From: a virus
Lineage: Duplodnaviria > Caudoviricetes
DNA length: 52,338 bases
Direction: 5' to 3' (one strand)
Virus record (IMG/VR): IMGVR_UViG_3300006638_000005
Coordinates: 1 to 52,338 of that record
Each line of letters starts with the position of its first letter. The first letter of the stretch is position 1. This document shows positions 18,848-27,850 of the stretch, in pieces. Position numbers and translations under genes: made by a program. The notes under the pieces were generated by a model. That model was not told where the DNA came from. It saw only the letters and a list, made by a program, of their open reading frames with translations, and ran no database searches.

Positions 18848-19069
18848 CTATTTACCTTTGACCGCCGCTTTGATCTTTTTGCCGGTCGCCTTAGCCGTAG
18901 TCTTAGGGTGACGCACGGCCTTTACGATAGCGTCCGCGTTGACAACTATGGTCGTGACGGCGGCGACGTTGGCAACACTTGCCTTTATGGCAAACAAGGG
19001 AACCGAACACAGAAACATAAACAGGAACAGGAGCGCCGGGACCGTAATATGTTTCACGAAACGTTTCAC
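18848..19069 (-). CDS. Signal/transmembrane peptide with Lys-rich tail (73 aa)
   Basis: Hydrophobic N-terminus and cationic C-terminus. Confidence 0.55.
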   Translation of the reverse strand: MKRFVKHITVPALLFLFMFLCSVPLFAIKASVANVAAVTTIVVNADAIVKAVRHPKTTAKATGKKIKAAVKGK

Positions 19070-19111
19070 GAAACCGATTATAGACTTGTCAGGTACGAAA
19101 CGTCAATGCCG

Positions 19112-19318
19112 TCAACCGCGGCGCGGGAACGAAAACGACGGCGCGGACCCGGACCACGACAGCAGCCAGCCGACCAGGATCAGGACCGCGATCACCACGA
19201 GCACGATGTACACGATACGCCGGATAGGGTCGGGGATGCCGGGGATCTGGGACAGGACCCAGAAGATCAGGCCGACGATGATGAGAAACGCGAGGATGGT
19301 AATGGCTGTGCTAATCAT
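19112..19318 (-). CDS. Small two-TM membrane protein (Thivi_2564-like)
   Basis: LIIVGLIFWVLSQIPGIPDPIRRIVYIVLVVIAVL pattern. Confidence 0.7.
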   Translation of the reverse strand: MISTAITILAFLIIVGLIFWVLSQIPGIPDPIRRIVYIVLVVIAVLILVGWLLSWSGSAPSFSFPRRG

Positions 19319-19341
19319 GCCTTGATGGTACCTCAGACTGA

Positions 19342-19806
19342 TTATCTAAAAGCCGCAGTATTACTCCAGGCAGACTTGGCCGAAAGGACAAACAGCGCAG
19401 CCTCTTTAATGCCGATATCGTTCCAGCGATTTATAATTGCCGTCACTTCGCCCATTGCGGAAACCGCCTTAGCAAGCGCTTCATCCATCGGGGTAGTCTG
19501 GTATACGTCGTTCGGCTGAATACTGATGCTCCATACATACCGGTCTAGCCTGACTTCTTTTTGGAATGTTGTACAAAATAGGCCGAAGTCTGCCAGCTCA
19601 TGTGCTAAGACAAATTTTGCCATACTCTCAATGCGACCATCGGAGCTATGTTCGAACCAGACAATAGGGCGGCGATGTCCGTGCCCGCAGCATGAGGACT
19701 CGGTGACGAAACCGGCGGCGTTGAGCGCATCGCACAGCGGAACAATCTCAATATCCAAAGGCTCTTCATACGACGGATCAAAGCGAACTGTTTGCCAATC
19801 GGCCAT
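19342..19806 (-). CDS. Hypothetical protein with TYW3-like N-terminal motif; lower GC
   Basis: LDIEIVPLCDALN...TESSCCGHG; GGAGG RBS. Confidence 0.6.
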   Translation of the reverse strand: MADWQTVRFDPSYEEPLDIEIVPLCDALNAAGFVTESSCCGHGHRRPIVWFEHSSDGRIESMAKFVLAHELADFGLFCTTFQKEVRLDRYVWSISIQPNDVYQTTPMDEALAKAVSAMGEVTAIINRWNDIGIKEAALFVLSAKSAWSNTAAFR

Positions 19807-19840
19807 TTAACCCTCCACTGTACTCACGTATATAATTCCC

Positions 19841-22150
19841 CTATTTGACCGGGTCCCCTGTGATCCCGGTCGGCACTTCCTGCGCCCCGTACGCCCACTG
19901 CGCGTACTGGCGCTCGCGGCGCGGCTGCTGCATTTGCTTCCCGTCCGCCCCGAGCAGCAGCGACTGGTCGTATGAGGCGTGCGCCGGGTTGCGGCCGCTA
20001 TACGCCATTATCTTGCTGGCGCGCCAGTAGTTCACGTCCCACGAGTAGAAGCTCTTGAGCACGAACCCGAGCGCCATGATCCGGTCGTCTTTGCCGCCGT
20101 ACCCGGCGCGGAGCTGCTGCTCCAGCTCGTCGCCTTCCAGACTCTGCATCTCTTTTACGAAGAACGGCGAACAGATTTCCACTTCTCCGTCGCGCAGCGC
20201 CTTCACGATCATCTCGATCATGGCGGCGCGGAAGTAAAAGTTCGTGAACACGCCCATCTTCTGAGCTTTAGAGAGGTCCGGGCGCCGGTCGTCTATCTTC
20301 CGGTCGTTCCACATGTGAAAGTTCGTCCAGTTCATCAGGCGCAGGATATTCTGGACCACATCGCCTTTGCCCTTGCACTCGATGCACATGCGCGGCTGCT
20401 GCGTCTGGCCGTGGCGGCCCTTGACGCTGTACCATGTACCTATGGCTAACAGGAACGGCCACACGTCGAGCGCGCTCAAATGACCACTGGCGAATTCGAG
20501 AACTTGTTTTGTGGGACCTTCCAGCGAGTATTTCCTTACTCCTTCGATACACGTACTGTCTTTGTCTATACCATCGCCGGTGTCACAACCGAACCCATAT
20601 TCGAAGCCTTCAATGGGCGGCTCCCAAACGTAGAGCTTATCGACGGAACCCTTCTTACTGTCACTTTCGAGACTCCAACCACCAAAGCGTAGCGGCACGA
20701 GTTCGAAGGGTATCCTGACCCCGCCGCCGGCGTCCGCGTCTATGCGGATCGGAGGCAGGTCGTGGTTGATTAAGATGTCGGACGGCTGAATACGAGCGGG
20801 CACAAACTCCAGAGGACCACGGAGGCCAAAGACACCCCAAAGAGGCTGACTATGAGTGTTAGTACGATAAAAGTTAATTGTATCCACGTCAAAGACCGTG
20901 ATGTTCGAGGACTGGAACGCTTCATCGTCATTGGCGGGCATCTCCTGAAAGAACTTGTTGAGTTTGTTCTCGGCCATGTAGCGTCCGCGCTCACACTGGT
21001 AAAACCAGAGTTGTTCGAGCGACAGATGCCAGTTGGAACCCATGTGCTTTGCAAGGTACGGCGTGGAGCGCACGTACTCTTCAGCCATCTTTGCGTGATT
21101 AGTCACCCAGTCCGGGATGTTGGAAGTATAGTCGTCCGGTACCGGGCTGCGTTTAATATCGGCTTCTTTGGGATACAAGCCGCCCGTGAACCACGGGAAA
21201 AACGCGGGGCGCAGCTTTCCTTTTCGTAAAGGCCACTCGGACTTGGCCGTTTCCCACTTGCGGTGCCACTCGTTGTTGATGCCCTCGGCGGTACCTTCAA
21301 GCGCAAGGAAGCTGCGCGGCGAAGAGTGCATGGCGCGGAGCAGCGATGAGTCCACGAGGTTTTCGAGATTGTCGAACTCTGCGACCTCCGACAGATGAGC
21401 CACGTTCGGGGAGTCTCCACGGGCCATGCCGGTAGACTGCTGCCCGTGCTCCATCGTGATCGCGGACCCATTAAAGAACTCCAGCAGCTTTCCGGCCTGA
21501 TCCACTTTGCCTAACTTGCCGGGCTGTGAACTTCCCGGCTGCATCCAGTAGGGCATTCGCACAAGCACGAAGGAAATAAGCTTGAACAGCTTCAAGGTTT
21601 TCTTGTCGGTTGAGCTTGCCAAGTAGGCGTTTATGTTCGAGTCGAATACGACTCTGTGCAGCAGAATCAAGGTAATAATACGCGAGATGCCAAGCTGCCG
21701 CGCCTTCAGAATAATCAGGAAGATCGCGATCTCGTCGTCCTCCATTTCCGCGATCAGGTCGAGGAATATCTTTTGCGACTGCCATAGTTCCATCCTTACG
21801 GTGCGGTTGTCGGTGTCCTTGATCCAGACGGCGCGTTCGACCCAGTACCAGAACGACATTGCGCACATAACGCGCTGCCTGTGAATCCAGTCACGCTCTT
21901 CCTCGGTAAGTGTGTCCTGCCAGCCAAGCAGGGCGCGACCATGCTGGTCATACACAGTGCGGCCGTCAGGTGTAACGCGGCGCGTCGGCAATAACCTGCC
22001 TGACTCCGGGTCCTTCTCCACCAGCGTATCCAGATGCGATACGGCGCGCGCAAATTCAAGACGCGATACTTCTTCCAGCTTCTTGCCCTTATTAGCGGGA
22101 TGAGCCAGCCAAAGGTCGGTGTCTCTCGTTATAATCCTGCTGCAATACAA
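19841..22150 (-). CDS. terL: Terminase large subunit
   Basis: Walker A LKARQLGIS, Walker B AHLSEVAEF, LEGTA coupling motif, nuclease GCDTGDG and KDDRIMA. Likely start is TTG 22150 after GGAG; the ORF extends to 22207. Confidence 0.9.
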   Translation of the reverse strand: MYCSRIITRDTDLWLAHPANKGKKLEEVSRLEFARAVSHLDTLVEKDPESGRLLPTRRVTPDGRTVYDQHGRALLGWQDTLTEEERDWIHRQRVMCAMSFWYWVERAVWIKDTDNRTVRMELWQSQKIFLDLIAEMEDDEIAIFLIILKARQLGISRIITLILLHRVVFDSNINAYLASSTDKKTLKLFKLISFVLVRMPYWMQPGSSQPGKLGKVDQAGKLLEFFNGSAITMEHGQQSTGMARGDSPNVAHLSEVAEFDNLENLVDSSLLRAMHSSPRSFLALEGTAEGINNEWHRKWETAKSEWPLRKGKLRPAFFPWFTGGLYPKEADIKRSPVPDDYTSNIPDWVTNHAKMAEEYVRSTPYLAKHMGSNWHLSLEQLWFYQCERGRYMAENKLNKFFQEMPANDDEAFQSSNITVFDVDTINFYRTNTHSQPLWGVFGLRGPLEFVPARIQPSDILINHDLPPIRIDADAGGGVRIPFELVPLRFGGWSLESDSKKGSVDKLYVWEPPIEGFEYGFGCDTGDGIDKDSTCIEGVRKYSLEGPTKQVLEFASGHLSALDVWPFLLAIGTWYSVKGRHGQTQQPRMCIECKGKGDVVQNILRLMNWTNFHMWNDRKIDDRRPDLSKAQKMGVFTNFYFRAAMIEMIVKALRDGEVEICSPFFVKEMQSLEGDELEQQLRAGYGGKDDRIMALGFVLKSFYSWDVNYWRASKIMAYSGRNPAHASYDQSLLLGADGKQMQQPRRERQYAQWAYGAQEVPTGITGDPVK

Positions 22151-22239
22151 GGCTGTCTCCGTCGTATAATAAACAAACGGGACACGGCAGCGTTGACACG
22201 CCGCCATGCCCCTGACCGCTGCGATCTCAGGAGGATCAC

Positions 22240-22689
22240 ATGGCTCAAATCATCGTACCTTGCTTTCAATGCGGCGTCGAACTCAGACGCTACCCGTACA
22301 GGCTTCGCAAACGCACCAGACAGTTCTGCTCCAACGAGTGCGCCGCTCTCTACAACCAGGGTCCAAGCAACCCAAAATGGAAAGGACGCGACGAAGACGA
22401 CAAGCGCATTTACGATGTGTTCAACGCGATGCACCAGCGATGCGGAAATTTGAAGGACGCAAGTTATAAAAATTACGGCGCGAGAAGCATTTACGTTTGC
22501 GTTGAATGGTCGCGTAAAAAGTTCGACGCCTTCCTCGCATGGTCCAAATGTAACGGGTACAAACAGGGGCTGACGATAGACCGCATCGACAACGACGGAC
22601 CCTACAGCCCCGGCAACTGCCGCTGGACTACACGTAGTGTCAACAACAGCAACACAAGGCGTAGTGCTCATTATGCGGCCAGCAGATAG
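22240..22689 (+). CDS. Free-standing HNH-type endonuclease with N-terminal zinc finger
   Basis: MHQRC, YGARSI, LTIDRIDNDGPYSPGNCRW; AGGAGG RBS. Confidence 0.85.
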   Translation: MAQIIVPCFQCGVELRRYPYRLRKRTRQFCSNECAALYNQGPSNPKWKGRDEDDKRIYDVFNAMHQRCGNLKDASYKNYGARSIYVCVEWSRKKFDAFLAWSKCNGYKQGLTIDRIDNDGPYSPGNCRWTTRSVNNSNTRRSAHYAASR

Positions 22690-22898
22690 TGCGGCGGGCG
22701 CGACGCTTCAGGCAACCGGTCCCATGCTTCCCTGCATTCATCGGCCAGGTACGGCACAGTGAGGTACGCGGCCTTCTGGTCTTCGGTGAGCGGCGCGGGG
22801 TACCCGGATGCCGCGAACATGGAGAGTTCGAGGTAAGCAAGTACGGCGTCGCGGTGCGACGAAACCAAATCAATCAATTCGGTATTCTGATGCGGCAT
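22671..22898 (-). CDS. Hypothetical protein (75 aa)
   Basis: ORF track; co-oriented with the packaging operon. Confidence 0.5.
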   Translation of the reverse strand: MPHQNTELIDLVSSHRDAVLAYLELSMFAASGYPAPLTEDQKAAYLTVPYLADECREAWDRLPEASRPPHYLLAA

Positions 22899-23086
22899 TC
22901 AAATTCCCCGACAGGCACATACAGCACATATATACCGTCGAATTCAATACGAAGCCCGTCGCGACCGGCATCATAGTGCGCATCAGTCACTTTAGCGCCA
23001 ATCCTTTCCTTAAGCCAGTTGCATAGCGCCGTATCCGCCTGCTCTTTAGCAGCCGTTTTACCGTCCGCAATGGTGTCTTTATTCAT
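22874..23086 (-). CDS. Hypothetical protein (70 aa)
   Basis: Start reassigned to MNKDT, overlapping the upstream stop region. Confidence 0.5.
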   Translation of the reverse strand: MNKDTIADGKTAAKEQADTALCNWLKERIGAKVTDAHYDAGRDGLRIEFDGIYVLYVPVGEFECRIRIPN

Positions 23087-24002
23087 CGTCTTCCTCGCTT
23101 TCCGCATCGTTATCGTCGTCGTCGGGCTCATCCACCAACGCTTCCGCCCGCGCCCCTGTCGGCGCGTCCTGACGCTGCATAATGGCGGACAGGTCCACGA
23201 TTTCCTGATCCATGGACTTGAGACCCGATGCGTTGACAGGCGACGACTCCGAGCGAGACCCGGCCAGAGCGACAGCGCCGCTCGACGCAACGGGCACGTT
23301 ATAGATCGTGGTGCCCGCGCCGCGTCCGCCAACGCCCGGCGTCTGAACCAGCCCGGCCTGACGCGAGAACAGCTCGGCGTGCTTGATGTTGTCGGCGGAA
23401 GCCATCGCGAACTCGGCGGTCTTCTCGACTACACGGTCTTTCATGAACGACAGGACCAGCGAGGTTTTGGCGCTCGACTCGACCCAGGCCTGCCGGGTGA
23501 CCCAGGCTATCAGGTCGGCGGCGGGCACATTCGACAACTCACAGAGTTGCTCAGGCACGTGCGACTGCTGCTCTTTACGGGGTAACGACTGCCAGATACG
23601 GACGTACCGTTCCGCATCCTTATTGCCCGTGCGGGCTTCGGCGTCCACGTAAGCGATGTAGTTGCGCCATGTAGGCTCTACAAAACGAAAGGCGGCGGCT
23701 AAAGGTGGACGGACGCCTGCGACGGCGGGTTCATGGATGCATTCCAGATCCTGTACAGGCGGCGGCGGCATAACGGGGCGCGGGTTCTGAGTTTCGATAT
23801 TCACAACGTTGCCCTGTAGTCGCCGCGAACCACCCTTTCGGGTGCCTCGCGGCTTCGCCGCTACCGCTTCAGGTTTAAAGCGCTGCCCCTTGCCGGACGT
23901 TCGCTTCGGCGCGGGCGAGTTTGAACGCGTCGCGGACGATCTGCTCGGCTTCTTCTTCGGTGCGGCCTTCCGCTTCGGCGGCGCGGTAGTTTCCTTCTTC
24001 AT
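23079..24002 (-). CDS. Hypothetical protein, terminase small subunit candidate
   Basis: Upstream of terL; helical core and acidic tail. Start uncertain because it overlaps 23875..24336 by 128 nt. Confidence 0.4.
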   Translation of the reverse strand: MKKETTAPPKRKAAPKKKPSRSSATRSNSPAPKRTSGKGQRFKPEAVAAKPRGTRKGGSRRLQGNVVNIETQNPRPVMPPPPVQDLECIHEPAVAGVRPPLAAAFRFVEPTWRNYIAYVDAEARTGNKDAERYVRIWQSLPRKEQQSHVPEQLCELSNVPAADLIAWVTRQAWVESSAKTSLVLSFMKDRVVEKTAEFAMASADNIKHAELFSRQAGLVQTPGVGGRGAGTTIYNVPVASSGAVALAGSRSESSPVNASGLKSMDQEIVDLSAIMQRQDAPTGARAEALVDEPDDDDNDAESEEDDE

Positions 24003-24336
24003 CCTGTACCTGCTCCATATGTGGCCGCATCAGGTCGTACTTCATCTGCATGATGGTGGTCTGGAAGTCGCGAGACCACGGGGCGACACCAAGAGAAATC
24101 GCGAACGCGGCGTCGCGGGACTGGCGCTGCTGGTACTCTTCACCCGATTCGGCGAATGTGAAACCAGTATCGGGCGGCGCGGATGTTGTCACGACTGAAG
24201 GCAGAGGTGGTGCTATCGGCAGTTCGACGACGCCACCAGCAACGCCCGACTCCAGCGCCAGCACCGTCGCCAGCCGTTCGAACGTGTCCGCTACACGGTC
24301 GAGACGCTTCAACAACTGCTCCTGAAACTCTTTCAT
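23875..24336 (-). CDS. Hypothetical protein (153 aa)
   Basis: ORF track; operon packing. Confidence 0.6.
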   Translation of the reverse strand: MKEFQEQLLKRLDRVADTFERLATVLALESGVAGGVVELPIAPPLPSVVTTSAPPDTGFTFAESGEEYQQRQSRDAAFAISLGVAPWSRDFQTTIMQMKYDLMRPHMEQVQDEEGNYRAAEAEGRTEEEAEQIVRDAFKLARAEANVRQGAAL

Positions 24337-24352
24337 ACCCGTATGCGCCTTC

Positions 24353-24901
24353 TTACTTACGCTCGGTTACCGGCTTGACAGACGGTGCCTTCGCTTCAGA
24401 TGGCGGCGCTGTCGCCAGCGCTTCAAGCGATTCCACACGAGCGGTCAGCGCAGCAAATTCATTTTGAAGCGCGGACCTGAACTCGCGCTGCAACCCAAGT
24501 TGAGCCGCCATCACGCGTGTAACATCCGCTTCAAGATCCAGCATTGCGGCGGGCGAAAACAGCACCTGACCTATATTGCTCTGTAGCACATACTGCTCGC
24601 GCCCCTGCTGCGTGTCGCGCGTCCCGAGGTCCCGGATCGCGTAACCATGCACGAATGCGTTACCGGCGCTCGCGTCCCAGACCAGGGCGTCGATCTCGCC
24701 CTTCGGATCATACTGCGCAAGGACTACGGCGGGCGCGAAGTACTCCTGCTGGTTGGGCGAGCGCGAATGCGCGGCCATGCGCAACAGGATCAGGGTGCCG
24801 GTTTCGAGAGTCTGCGGCGGCTCAAGCGAAGGGCGCGTATGCTGATGTTCAGGCGGCAGCGTCTCAAGCACAGCGGAACCCATCTTGTCATACGTGTTCA
24901 T
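24353..24901 (-). CDS. Hypothetical protein (182 aa)
   Basis: AAAGGA upstream; beta-rich core and coiled-coil end. Confidence 0.6.
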   Translation of the reverse strand: MNTYDKMGSAVLETLPPEHQHTRPSLEPPQTLETGTLILLRMAAHSRSPNQQEYFAPAVVLAQYDPKGEIDALVWDASAGNAFVHGYAIRDLGTRDTQQGREQYVLQSNIGQVLFSPAAMLDLEADVTRVMAAQLGLQREFRSALQNEFAALTARVESLEALATAPPSEAKAPSVKPVTERK

Positions 24902-24934
24902 AAGAGTGTATTCGTTCCTTTCAAGTTCAAAATT

Positions 24935-24966
24935 ATTGTAGCAAAAAATTACGCGAAAAAATTACG
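24935..24966 (-). promoter_or_regulatory. Possible extended -10 promoter with tandem 11-bp repeats
   Basis: TG-C-TACAAT on the minus strand; AAAAAATTACG at 24943 and 24956. Confidence 0.4.
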
Positions 24967-25855
24967 ATCCCCTGTGGCCGTTGCCGAACGACAGGCGCGG
25001 GCGCCCGTCCGTGTAAAGGCCACCCGCACCCCGGCCTGGACGCATCAGGCCACGCGGGCCCGCGTCCAGGACGCCGTTAACACTCTCGTACGCCTGACCT
25101 TTCTGGTCGCCCAGCGTCTTCGCGCTCGATACGTGCGTCCCTGCCGACACGCTGATCCCGGCGTGCTGCACCGCCTGACCATCCATGCGAACCTCGATGG
25201 ACCCGTTGTCCACGGCAATATGCTGATGCGCGGGCGTATGGTCCACGGTCTCGGTCGAGAACACATAGCCTTCGGCCACGTCGCCGCGGCGGCCACCGGT
25301 ACTGTCCTGCGCGGGTGTCGCCGTAAAGACACGCTTCGCTTCCGCCTGTACGTCCGCGTCCACGTTCGGGATGTCGGCCAGAAACATGTGAGACCCGGTG
25401 TCGCGCGATCCGTAGCCGGGGCGCGGCACCGCGAGACCGTGCTGTTCACGCACCTGGTCGGGTGGCAGGCCGCCGGGCATAGGGGCGGCGTTCACTGTAG
25501 CCGTGAAGTCGTGCTCTGTGTGTTTCAAACCGACCTCGCGGTCGCCTTGAAACGTGCCGCGCGCCGCGTCCGGTATGTCATTGCGCAGCGATACAGCCCC
25601 GTTAATGTCTATGTGGTCCGGCGGCGACGCGACAGGCACGGTGCCGCCCACGTACATATCGACGCCTATATGCACCTGAAGGTCGAACACGGCCATCGGC
25701 AGCGTCAGGTGCGGCTGCAGCAGATAATGACCGCGCAGCAGTTGCCGGAACCAGTCAACCAGTATCTCGGTCGCCTCGCGCCCGTTCAGGTCGTTATAAG
25801 GAAGGGACGCGGGCATGCGCTGCGGCAGGGACGGGCGTGAGCCGGAAGGTGTCAT
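24962..25855 (-). CDS. Hypothetical protein (297 aa)
   Basis: ORF track; ATGA coupling with the upstream ORF. Confidence 0.65.
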   Translation of the reverse strand: MTPSGSRPSLPQRMPASLPYNDLNGREATEILVDWFRQLLRGHYLLQPHLTLPMAVFDLQVHIGVDMYVGGTVPVASPPDHIDINGAVSLRNDIPDAARGTFQGDREVGLKHTEHDFTATVNAAPMPGGLPPDQVREQHGLAVPRPGYGSRDTGSHMFLADIPNVDADVQAEAKRVFTATPAQDSTGGRRGDVAEGYVFSTETVDHTPAHQHIAVDNGSIEVRMDGQAVQHAGISVSAGTHVSSAKTLGDQKGQAYESVNGVLDAGPRGLMRPGRGAGGLYTDGRPRLSFGNGHRGS

Positions 25856-26079
25856 ACGCCGATAATACCAGCCTTAAAGGCGACGGCGATCAGGGCGGAC
25901 CAGCCAAATAGCGCCAGCAGGAACCAGAACCAGGCCCAGCCGCACAGCGCGTCACGCTCGCAGACGACCCGGCGGAACTGGGATTCGAGGTAACAGTCTG
26001 CCTTAATGTAAGGCTCCCGAAGATTGTGCATAAATGCGCTCCTGTATGCTCGCAACGCCGCTTCCAGCGTGTTACACAC
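25852..26079 (-). CDS. Small membrane protein (75 aa)
   Basis: C-terminal hydrophobic segment. Confidence 0.5.
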   Translation of the reverse strand: MCNTLEAALRAYRSAFMHNLREPYIKADCYLESQFRRVVCERDALCGWAWFWFLLALFGWSALIAVAFKAGIIGV

Positions 26080-26125
26080 GCTTCGCGCGGGCCTTGCTCG
26101 CGGTCGGCGTCAGCCAACAGGTACG

Positions 26126-26155
26126 AATGTACCCTGTACAAAGCGGGTGTGTCAA
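26126..26155 (-). promoter_or_regulatory. Sigma70-type leftward promoter for the packaging arm
   Basis: TTGACA-N18-TACATT in the divergent intergenic region. Confidence 0.6.
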
Positions 26156-26298
26156 GTCTAAAATAGTGTCATGCGCAGACGTTCAAACAGGAAACGTTCG
26201 GTTAAATGGAAGCGGCCACTCATGGCGCGTCTCAGAAAGAAGGGATTGCTGGCTGCAATGCCAGTGAAATGGCTTGAGTTTATAGCGTCACTTCGTAA

Positions 26299-27312
26299 AT
26301 GAACCCCTACCCCGAACGTATCGCGGAGCTTCACGCGCATCTCGCCGCCGTCTGGTCGCAGCGTGACACCGAGGCTACTGAAGTCCTGCTCGCGGCGCTG
26401 CTGCCTGCGTCACTAACCCGGATGCGCCGTCCGTGGATCGTTCTGGAAACCGATTACCTGTCGCGCGACACGTCGAACGCGTGGTTCAGCTTAGGCATGC
26501 CCGAATACGTACATGCGCGGTCGCTCGCGGTGCCCAGGTCCGTGCGCGCCCGCGACTGCCGCCAGTGGTCGGACAATGTGCTCGCCGAAGACCCGTTCGA
26601 CCAGCCGGGCGTGTTCGTCGATGCCGAGTGGCGGACGTTGCCCAACAAGTCGAAAAGCGTCACGGCCATAGCCAGCTACTATGCGCTGCTGGCGCGGTCG
26701 GTACATCTGAGGGTGGCGCAGCCAAAGAGCGACATCGGCGTGCGGACCATGAACGCGCGGGAGTCGGACAGGCTGGAGCTGGCGCGGCTGGCGCGACGGG
26801 TACTGGATTCGCAACACCGTTCCCCTGTAGCTCACAGCACGCCCTCGGGCGTCCTGCTCGCGGGTCGCGCCGTCACAGTGCCGCAGTCGCTCTATTACTG
26901 GTGCGAACTACTGCAAAAGCTCGCGCCCGTGCAGTGCGACTGGGAGTGTCTGACCGGGTCGTTCGCTGCTGTCGCGCACGGGATCGCGACGCTCTATAAC
27001 GACGGCCGCGCGCCGGACTGGTCCGCTGCAGAACGCGTGTTGCGCGACACCATACCATACGCGACTACACGTCTCATACTGGAGTCGTCGCACGGGCCGG
27101 TCGCGGCGCGTATGGCTCATATACAGTCGGGTGGCGTTATCGGCAGCGGCGAACGCGTGACGGTAGAGCTTAAGCGGCTCGAACAGGAAGGTGTACTGAC
27201 AAAGCGGCGTGGCCACCATAAGGTACTGGCCGGCGCGGTCGCGGAAAGGTATAAGGTCGCGCACCGGGACTGGGTGACGCTGCTCGACAGGAACGAAAGG
27301 ATACTGGTGTAA
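26299..27312 (+). CDS. Hypothetical protein, possible degenerate paralog of the MCM-like ATPase at 35397
   Basis: Similar N-terminal helical pattern and C-terminal winged-helix-like end; no Walker A. Confidence 0.55.
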   Translation: MNPYPERIAELHAHLAAVWSQRDTEATEVLLAALLPASLTRMRRPWIVLETDYLSRDTSNAWFSLGMPEYVHARSLAVPRSVRARDCRQWSDNVLAEDPFDQPGVFVDAEWRTLPNKSKSVTAIASYYALLARSVHLRVAQPKSDIGVRTMNARESDRLELARLARRVLDSQHRSPVAHSTPSGVLLAGRAVTVPQSLYYWCELLQKLAPVQCDWECLTGSFAAVAHGIATLYNDGRAPDWSAAERVLRDTIPYATTRLILESSHGPVAARMAHIQSGGVIGSGERVTVELKRLEQEGVLTKRRGHHKVLAGAVAERYKVAHRDWVTLLDRNERILV

Positions 27313-27511
27313 ACGATGGACATTGGATGGGGAACCCTGATCGGCGTACTGTTGTATCTTGCGTTGAACTGGCGCGGAACGGATAACCGCAGATAGTTGT
27401 CACTGCTGTAAGCGTCGTCCACGCTTTCGCGTGGTACGCCGCGTATCACGATGTCGCGGAGCAAGTCGAAACGCCGCGCGTCACGGAGCAAGTCCAAAGG
27501 AGTTAGTCGAA

Positions 27512-27850
27512 ATGTCGGTCATCAAAGAAGTACAGAAGCTCTGGGGCACGGAGCTGTGGCACCACAACAACACGGACTACTGCATGAAGACGCTGGTGCT
27601 GCATCACGGCGCCCAGTCGTCGCTGCACTACCATAAGGTGAAACGCGAGACGTTTCTCGTAACGGACGGATCGGTGCTGTTGTCGTACGGCTGCGCGTCC
27701 TGGATCATGCAGCGGGGCGACAGCGTTACGATAGAGCCCGGCGTCGTGCATCGCTTCCGGGCGCTCTGCTCCGAAGCCACGGTTATAGAAGCCAGCACCA
27801 CGCACAGCGACGACGACGTTGTAAGGCTCGAACCGTCGAAGCTGCTGTAG
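27512..27850 (+). CDS. Cupin protein, sugar isomerase-like (112 aa)
   Basis: KLWGTE, SSLHYHKVKRETF and PGVVHRF motifs; AAGGAG RBS. Confidence 0.85.
   Translation: MSVIKEVQKLWGTELWHHNNTDYCMKTLVLHHGAQSSLHYHKVKRETFLVTDGSVLLSYGCASWIMQRGDSVTIEPGVVHRFRALCSEATVIEASTTHSDDDVVRLEPSKLL

Noticed and set aside
27316-27396. 26-aa hydrophobic ORF MDIGWGTLIGVLLYLALNWRGTDNRR
   Set aside because: Plausible, but too short and with too weak an RBS to support.
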